NCBI GenBank assembly: GCA_902524805.1
Contig: CABZES010000003.1
Location: forward strand, 30,574-94,573
Source of the DNA: an uncultured SAR86 cluster bacterium
GTDB lineage: Bacteria > Pseudomonadota > Gammaproteobacteria > Magnimaribacterales > AG-339-G14
DNA: 64,000 nt
Direction: 5' to 3'
Position 1 is the first letter of the stretch, and every line of letters starts with the position of its first letter. The notes under the pieces are model-generated. The model did no database searches and had not been told where the DNA came from. It was given only the letters and a program-made list of their open reading frames with translations. A program made the position numbers and the translations under genes. Shown piece by piece: positions 59,653 through 64,000 of this stretch.

Positions 59653-61341
59653 ATGGAACAATCAACCTTTTCAAAGATGCTAGATGAAAATTTAGACACT
59701 TTGAATTTTAAAGTTGGCTCACTAATATCTGGTGTCATAGTCGATTTAACAGACGATTGGGTAGTCGTTCATGTGGGTTTAAAATCAGAGCCCATTATTG
59801 CAAGAAATGAGTTTTTGGCTGATGAAGCAGACAAAAAATTAGAGATCGGCGATCAAGTAAAGGTAACTCTTGAAGCCATTGAAGACGGCCATGGTTCTAC
59901 TAGAGTTTCAAGACTAAGAGCCATGCATGATGAGAGCTGGTCTAAACTTGAAGAATCTCTCAGCACAGGCACAATTATTAAGGGCTATATTACTGGCAAG
60001 GTAAGAGGCGGCATGACAGTCGAAGTTGGCGGAGTAAGAGCTTTTCTTCCAGGTTCTTTAGTTGACTCTAGGCCATTGGAAAGTTTCGACCATCTAGAAA
60101 AATCCTTTCAAGATTTCAAAGTAATCAAACTAGATAAAGATAAAAGTAATGTTGTTTTATCCAGAAAAGCTGTTCAAGAAGACATTAACTCCGAAGAAAG
60201 AGAAAAAATCTTTGCCACTATTCAAGAGGGGTCTCAGATTTCTGGTGTTATTAAAAACTTAACAGATTATGGTGCTTTTGTAGATTTGGGAGGCATAGAC
60301 GGGCTTTTACATATCACTGATATTACATGGAAAAGGATTAATCATCCCTCTGAAGTTTTATCAGTTGGAGAGGAGTTAGATTTAAAAGTCACTAAGTTTG
60401 ATAAAGAAAAATCTAGAATCTCTCTTGGTTTAAAACAGTTATCTGAAGACCCCTGGGAAAATATCAAAGAGACCTATCCTATAAATTCTATAAATAAAGC
60501 AAAAGTATCAAGCCTAACGGATTATGGATTTTTTGCTGAATTAGATTCAAATACTGAAGGATTAGTGCATGTATCTGAAATCGACTGGACAAATAAAAAC
60601 ATTCACCCCTCAAAGGTTGTAGCTGCAGGAGACGAGGTCGATGTAATGGTGCTAGAGATAGATATCGAAAAAAGAAGAATTTCTTTGGGCATGAAGCAAT
60701 GCATGGAAAACCCTTGGTTAGTTTTTGCTGATAATCATAGTTTGGGAGATAAAGTCCAAGGCGAGGTAAGCTCACTAACTGATTTTGGTATGTTTGTAGG
60801 GTTGGATGGTGGAATAGACGGTCTAATTCATCTTTCTGATTTATCTTGGACGGAAAAAGAAGAAGAGGCGGCAAAAAACTATAAAAAAGGCCAAAAAGTG
60901 GAAGCCACAATACTAGCTATGGATGCGCATAAAGAAAGAATCTCTTTAGGAATCAAACAATTAACTGAAGATCATTTTGAAACTTTTGCTAAAGCTAATC
61001 CCAAAGGTGCTAAATTGGTTGCTAAGGTGACTAGTATTGAAGAAGAATTAATTAACTTAACTGTCGGCCCTGATATTCCTGCTGTTTTGAAGATTAGAGA
61101 GGTTAAGGATAATATTCCTGAAGTCGGATCAGAAATAGAAGCTTTAGTTACTTCCATTGGCAGAAAAAATAGATTGATAAACTTATCTATTCGAGCTATG
61201 GAAAAAGCCGAAGAAAAATCAATTCTTAAAGAAAATTTAGAAAAGAATAAAGAAATAGAAGCTTCTAGCAAAACGTCTATAGGTGATTTAATCAAAGACG
61301 AAATAGAAGAAAGTTCAACCAAAAAAGATGAAGAAGTCTGA
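59653..61341 (+). CDS. rpsA: 30S ribosomal protein S1
   Basis: 562 aa with six S1/OB repeats (e.g. GVIKNLTDYGAFVDLGGIDGLLHITD). AGGAG Shine-Dalgarno embedded in the last cmk codons. Confidence 0.96.
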   Translation: MEQSTFSKMLDENLDTLNFKVGSLISGVIVDLTDDWVVVHVGLKSEPIIARNEFLADEADKKLEIGDQVKVTLEAIEDGHGSTRVSRLRAMHDESWSKLEESLSTGTIIKGYITGKVRGGMTVEVGGVRAFLPGSLVDSRPLESFDHLEKSFQDFKVIKLDKDKSNVVLSRKAVQEDINSEEREKIFATIQEGSQISGVIKNLTDYGAFVDLGGIDGLLHITDITWKRINHPSEVLSVGEELDLKVTKFDKEKSRISLGLKQLSEDPWENIKETYPINSINKAKVSSLTDYGFFAELDSNTEGLVHVSEIDWTNKNIHPSKVVAAGDEVDVMVLEIDIEKRRISLGMKQCMENPWLVFADNHSLGDKVQGEVSSLTDFGMFVGLDGGIDGLIHLSDLSWTEKEEEAAKNYKKGQKVEATILAMDAHKERISLGIKQLTEDHFETFAKANPKGAKLVAKVTSIEEELINLTVGPDIPAVLKIREVKDNIPEVGSEIEALVTSIGRKNRLINLSIRAMEKAEEKSILKENLEKNKEIEASSKTSIGDLIKDEIEESSTKKDEEV

Positions 61342-61603
61342 TCTTCTGGAAAATTTTAAAAAAAAGTTAACTCATTTATCAAACATAGATTCAACTACCT
61401 CATTTGAATTAATTTTAAAAGCTATCGGCGAATCTCTCGAGAAGGGAGAAAGAATGGAAGTAAGAGGTTTTGGTTCTTTGTCAACTAGAATAAGAAAGCC
61501 TATGAGAGGGAGAAATCCTCAATCTGGCGAAGCAATAGAATTATCGGAAAGAAAAGTTCCATATTTCAGAGCATCTAAGGAATTAAATCAAAAGCTAAAC
61601 TAA
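61328..61603 (+). CDS. ihfB: integration host factor subunit beta
   Basis: 91 aa with RGFGSLSTRIRKPMRGRNPQSGEAIEL (HU/IHF beta-arm). Confidence 0.94.
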   Translation: MKKSDLLENFKKKLTHLSNIDSTTSFELILKAIGESLEKGERMEVRGFGSLSTRIRKPMRGRNPQSGEAIELSERKVPYFRASKELNQKLN

Positions 61604-61638
61604 CTTATTTTTTGCCATCAACTGATATAATTTTCCTT

Positions 61639-61872
61639 GTGAAATACCTATATCTAATATTCTTTTTATCAGTTTTAGGATATCTAATTTTATTTTTTAA
61701 TTTAAATAGTTCTTTCGTAGATTTAGATTTTTATTTTTATGAACTTAGTGGAACAACTTTAGGATTTATAATTTTAGGTGCATTCTTTTTAGGAATGATT
61801 ATGAGCTACTTATTGCAACTCCCAATTTTATTGAGAAAGAGAAAAATAAAACCAAAAAATAATGACAGTTAA
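61639..61872 (+). CDS. lapA: lipopolysaccharide assembly protein LapA (YciS/DUF1049-like small membrane protein)
   Basis: Two TM helices and a basic tail (LLRKRKIKPK). From the GTG at 61639 it reads VKYLYLIFFLS..., co-linear with E. coli YciS MKYLLIFLLV... as I remember it. The track TTG start at 61612 is also possible. Confidence 0.7.
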   Translation: MKYLYLIFFLSVLGYLILFFNLNSSFVDLDFYFYELSGTTLGFIILGAFFLGMIMSYLLQLPILLRKRKIKPKNNDS

Positions 61873-62563
61873 GCTAAAGCCTAAGCAGACAATAATTGCC
61901 CTTGATGTAAGTTCTTTGGAAGAAATTAAAAGTTTACTTGCTATTATCGATAAAGATTTATTTAGATTAAAGGTTGGAAAACAACTCTTTACTTCTCAAG
62001 GGCCTAAGGCAATAGATGAATTAAGAACTTTAGGTTTTGACATATTTCTAGATCTAAAACTTCATGACATTCCTAATACCGTCTCAAAGTCTTTAGCAAA
62101 TATTTGTAATTTAGGAGTTTGGATGTCAAATATTCATTTATTAGGCGGACAAGAGATGATTCAAGAAGCATCTGCTACAGTAAAAAAATCAAACAGCGAC
62201 ATGATTTTGGTTGGAGTGACTATTCTGACAAGTTTGAATAAGAATAATTTAGTCGAACTGGGTTTTAACTCAAGTGCAGAAGAAATAGCAATAAATTTAG
62301 CTAAATTAGGAAAACAAAATGGCGTTGATGGGGTTGTTTGTTCCATAGAGGATGTAAGTGGAATTAAAGCTTCCTTGGGGGGTGATTTTCTATCAGTTAC
62401 ACCTGGAGTGAGAATGTCTCAAGACAATGATGATCAGAAAAGATCTGGATCTATATATAACGCGATTCAATTCGGTACAGATTTTGTTGTAGTAGGAAGA
62501 GAAATTACTCAATCTAAAAATCCAGAAGGAGTTTTAAAAAAAATAGAATCTTTGATAGTTTAA
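61862..62563 (+). CDS. pyrF: orotidine-5'-phosphate decarboxylase
   Basis: IIALDV, FLDLKLHDIPNT and PGVR motifs. Confidence 0.95.
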   Translation: MTVKLKPKQTIIALDVSSLEEIKSLLAIIDKDLFRLKVGKQLFTSQGPKAIDELRTLGFDIFLDLKLHDIPNTVSKSLANICNLGVWMSNIHLLGGQEMIQEASATVKKSNSDMILVGVTILTSLNKNNLVELGFNSSAEEIAINLAKLGKQNGVDGVVCSIEDVSGIKASLGGDFLSVTPGVRMSQDNDDQKRSGSIYNAIQFGTDFVVVGREITQSKNPEGVLKKIESLIV

Positions 62564-62565
62564 AA

Positions 62566-64000
62566 ATGAATTTTTTAAAAATAAAGATACTTCTTTTAAT
62601 TACTCTTTTTGTAGCTTGCTCTGAATCAAATCATTCTAAAGATAATGGCGTGGTAGTTACGAGACACTACTTAGCATCTGATGTTGGAGCTCAAATCTTA
62701 AAAGAGGGTGGAAATGCTTTCGATAGCTCAATTGCAGTAGCATTCGCTCTAGCAGTAGTAAATCCTTCTGCAGGCAATTTAGGCGGCGGTGGATTTGTTG
62801 TTTATCTTAAAAATAATAAACTTTTTACCATTGATTACAGAGAAAAAGCGCCAATAAAATCTTCCAGAGATATGTACTTAAATTCAGAGGGCGATGTTAT
62901 AAAAGGATTAAGTCTGGAATCATATTTAGCATCAGGAATACCAGGAACAGTAGCAGGGTTAATTCAACTGCATAAAGATGAAGCTTCAATGCCTTTAGAA
63001 AAGTTAATTGCTCCTGCAATAGTTTTAGCAAATGAAGGATTTCAATTATCAAATTTTCAAGCTCAATATTTAAATAAATATGCTAAAAAATTTAAAAAAA
63101 ATAAAGAAGCAGAAAAAATTTTTGTCAAAAAAGGAGGATGGAAAGAAGGCGATATTCTTATCCAAAAAGATTTAGCTAAATCTTTATCTTTAATATCTAA
63201 AAATGGAAGTAGAGCTTTTTATGACGGCGATATAACAAAAAAAATTCTCAAGGATTTCAAAGAAAATGAAGGAATATTTATTAAAGAAGATTTTTTAAAC
63301 TATGAGATTAGAAAATTAGAACCTCTTTGTGGCTCTTATAAATCTTACCAAATATGTTCTATGCCGCCTCCTAGTTCTGGAGGAGTTGCGATCATACAGA
63401 TGTTAAATATACTTGAAAATTTTGACATAAAAAATTATTCGCATGGTTCTTTAGAATATATTTATTTATTAAAAAATATTATGAGCTTTGCTTACGCCGA
63501 TAGGTCTGTCTTTCTTGGAGATCCAGATTATTTTAATATTCCCGTAGATAGGTTAGTGTCTAAGGATTATGCTAAAAAAATAGCAGAAAAAATTAAAAAT
63601 AAAGAAACCACCAAAATACAGCCAGGGATGTTGATGAAGGAAAGTGATGAGACAACGCACTTTTCTATTATCGATAAATGGGGCAATTCTGTGAGCAATA
63701 CTTATACTTTAAATAGTGCCTATGGCTCTGGGATAGTAGTAAAGGATACTGGAATTTTAATGAATAATGAAATGGATGATTTTTCGCAGAAACCTGGATA
63801 CCCAAATTTTTATGGACTCATAGGCTCAGAGGCTAATAAAATTGAACCAAAAAAAAGCCCATTATCTTCCATGTCTCCCGTAATAGTTACCAAAGATAAT
63901 ATTCCTTATCTTATTACTGGCTCTCCTGGAGGCTCAACAATTATTAATTCTGTTTTTCAAGAAATAATTAATATTTTAGATTTTGAAATGACTCTTGAAG
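62566..64000 (+). CDS. ggt: gamma-glutamyltranspeptidase (lipoprotein precursor); 3' end beyond the window
   Basis: Not in the track because it is open-ended. ATG at 62566 gives MNFLKIKILLLITLFVAC (lipobox-like). GGNAFDSSIA, GGGGF and the autoprocessing/nucleophile region DETTHFSIID were read directly. Confidence 0.9.
   Translation, partial: MNFLKIKILLLITLFVACSESNHSKDNGVVVTRHYLASDVGAQILKEGGNAFDSSIAVAFALAVVNPSAGNLGGGGFVVYLKNNKLFTIDYREKAPIKSSRDMYLNSEGDVIKGLSLESYLASGIPGTVAGLIQLHKDEASMPLEKLIAPAIVLANEGFQLSNFQAQYLNKYAKKFKKNKEAEKIFVKKGGWKEGDILIQKDLAKSLSLISKNGSRAFYDGDITKKILKDFKENEGIFIKEDFLNYEIRKLEPLCGSYKSYQICSMPPPSSGGVAIIQMLNILENFDIKNYSHGSLEYIYLLKNIMSFAYADRSVFLGDPDYFNIPVDRLVSKDYAKKIAEKIKNKETTKIQPGMLMKESDETTHFSIIDKWGNSVSNTYTLNSAYGSGIVVKDTGILMNNEMDDFSQKPGYPNFYGLIGSEANKIEPKKSPLSSMSPVIVTKDNIPYLITGSPGGSTIINSVFQEIINILDFEMTLE

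Overview
The window is AT-rich and extremely compact. By hand-summing the spacers between my gene calls, about 1.4 kb of 64 kb is non-coding. I call 59 protein-coding genes, two of them cut by the window edges. I found no tRNA, rRNA, CRISPR array, IS element or integrase. Gene order is classic Gammaproteobacteria (Pseudomonas/Vibrio-like): panBC; lpxL and waaA; miaA-hflKC-hisZ-purA; glyA-nrdR-ribD-ribB-ribH-nusB; thiL-pgpA facing dxs-ispA-xseB; scpAB-rluB; ubiG plus a HAD phosphatase; pntAA-AB-B; and gyrA-serC-pheA-hisC-tyrA-aroA-cmk-rpsA-ihfB-lapA-pyrF-ggt. The low G+C, the streamlining and two very large tandem TonB-dependent receptors suggest an oligotrophic marine gammaproteobacterium such as SAR86. 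That assignment is inference only. Four blocks are not housekeeping: (1) a glycosyltransferase / methyltransferase / alpha-alpha-toroid / O-methyltransferase / hydrolase cluster at 2.3-6.7 kb; (2) two paralogous TonB-dependent receptors plus a thiolase at 23.6-31.5 kb, sitting at a synteny breakpoint and carrying the only clear intrinsic terminators; (3) an RND efflux pair joined to xseB-ispA-dxs; (4) a pair of uncharacterised genes at 40.2-41.8 kb. The pair in (4) is the most interesting. One protein has tandem DnaT-C-terminal-like repeats and is translationally coupled to a phage-lambda-P-like protein, with no other phage genes nearby. I propose it is a domesticated, non-canonical DnaB-loading or replication-restart module. 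Secondary observations: hfq-hflX, lapB and ribE are cleanly absent from their conserved positions; almost every convergent gene pair overlaps at its 3' ends; GyrA has a natural Gly83/Glu87 QRDR; and endonuclease III has atypical Fe-S cysteine spacing. All family assignments come from motifs read in the translations and from remembered reference sequences. No database search was run.
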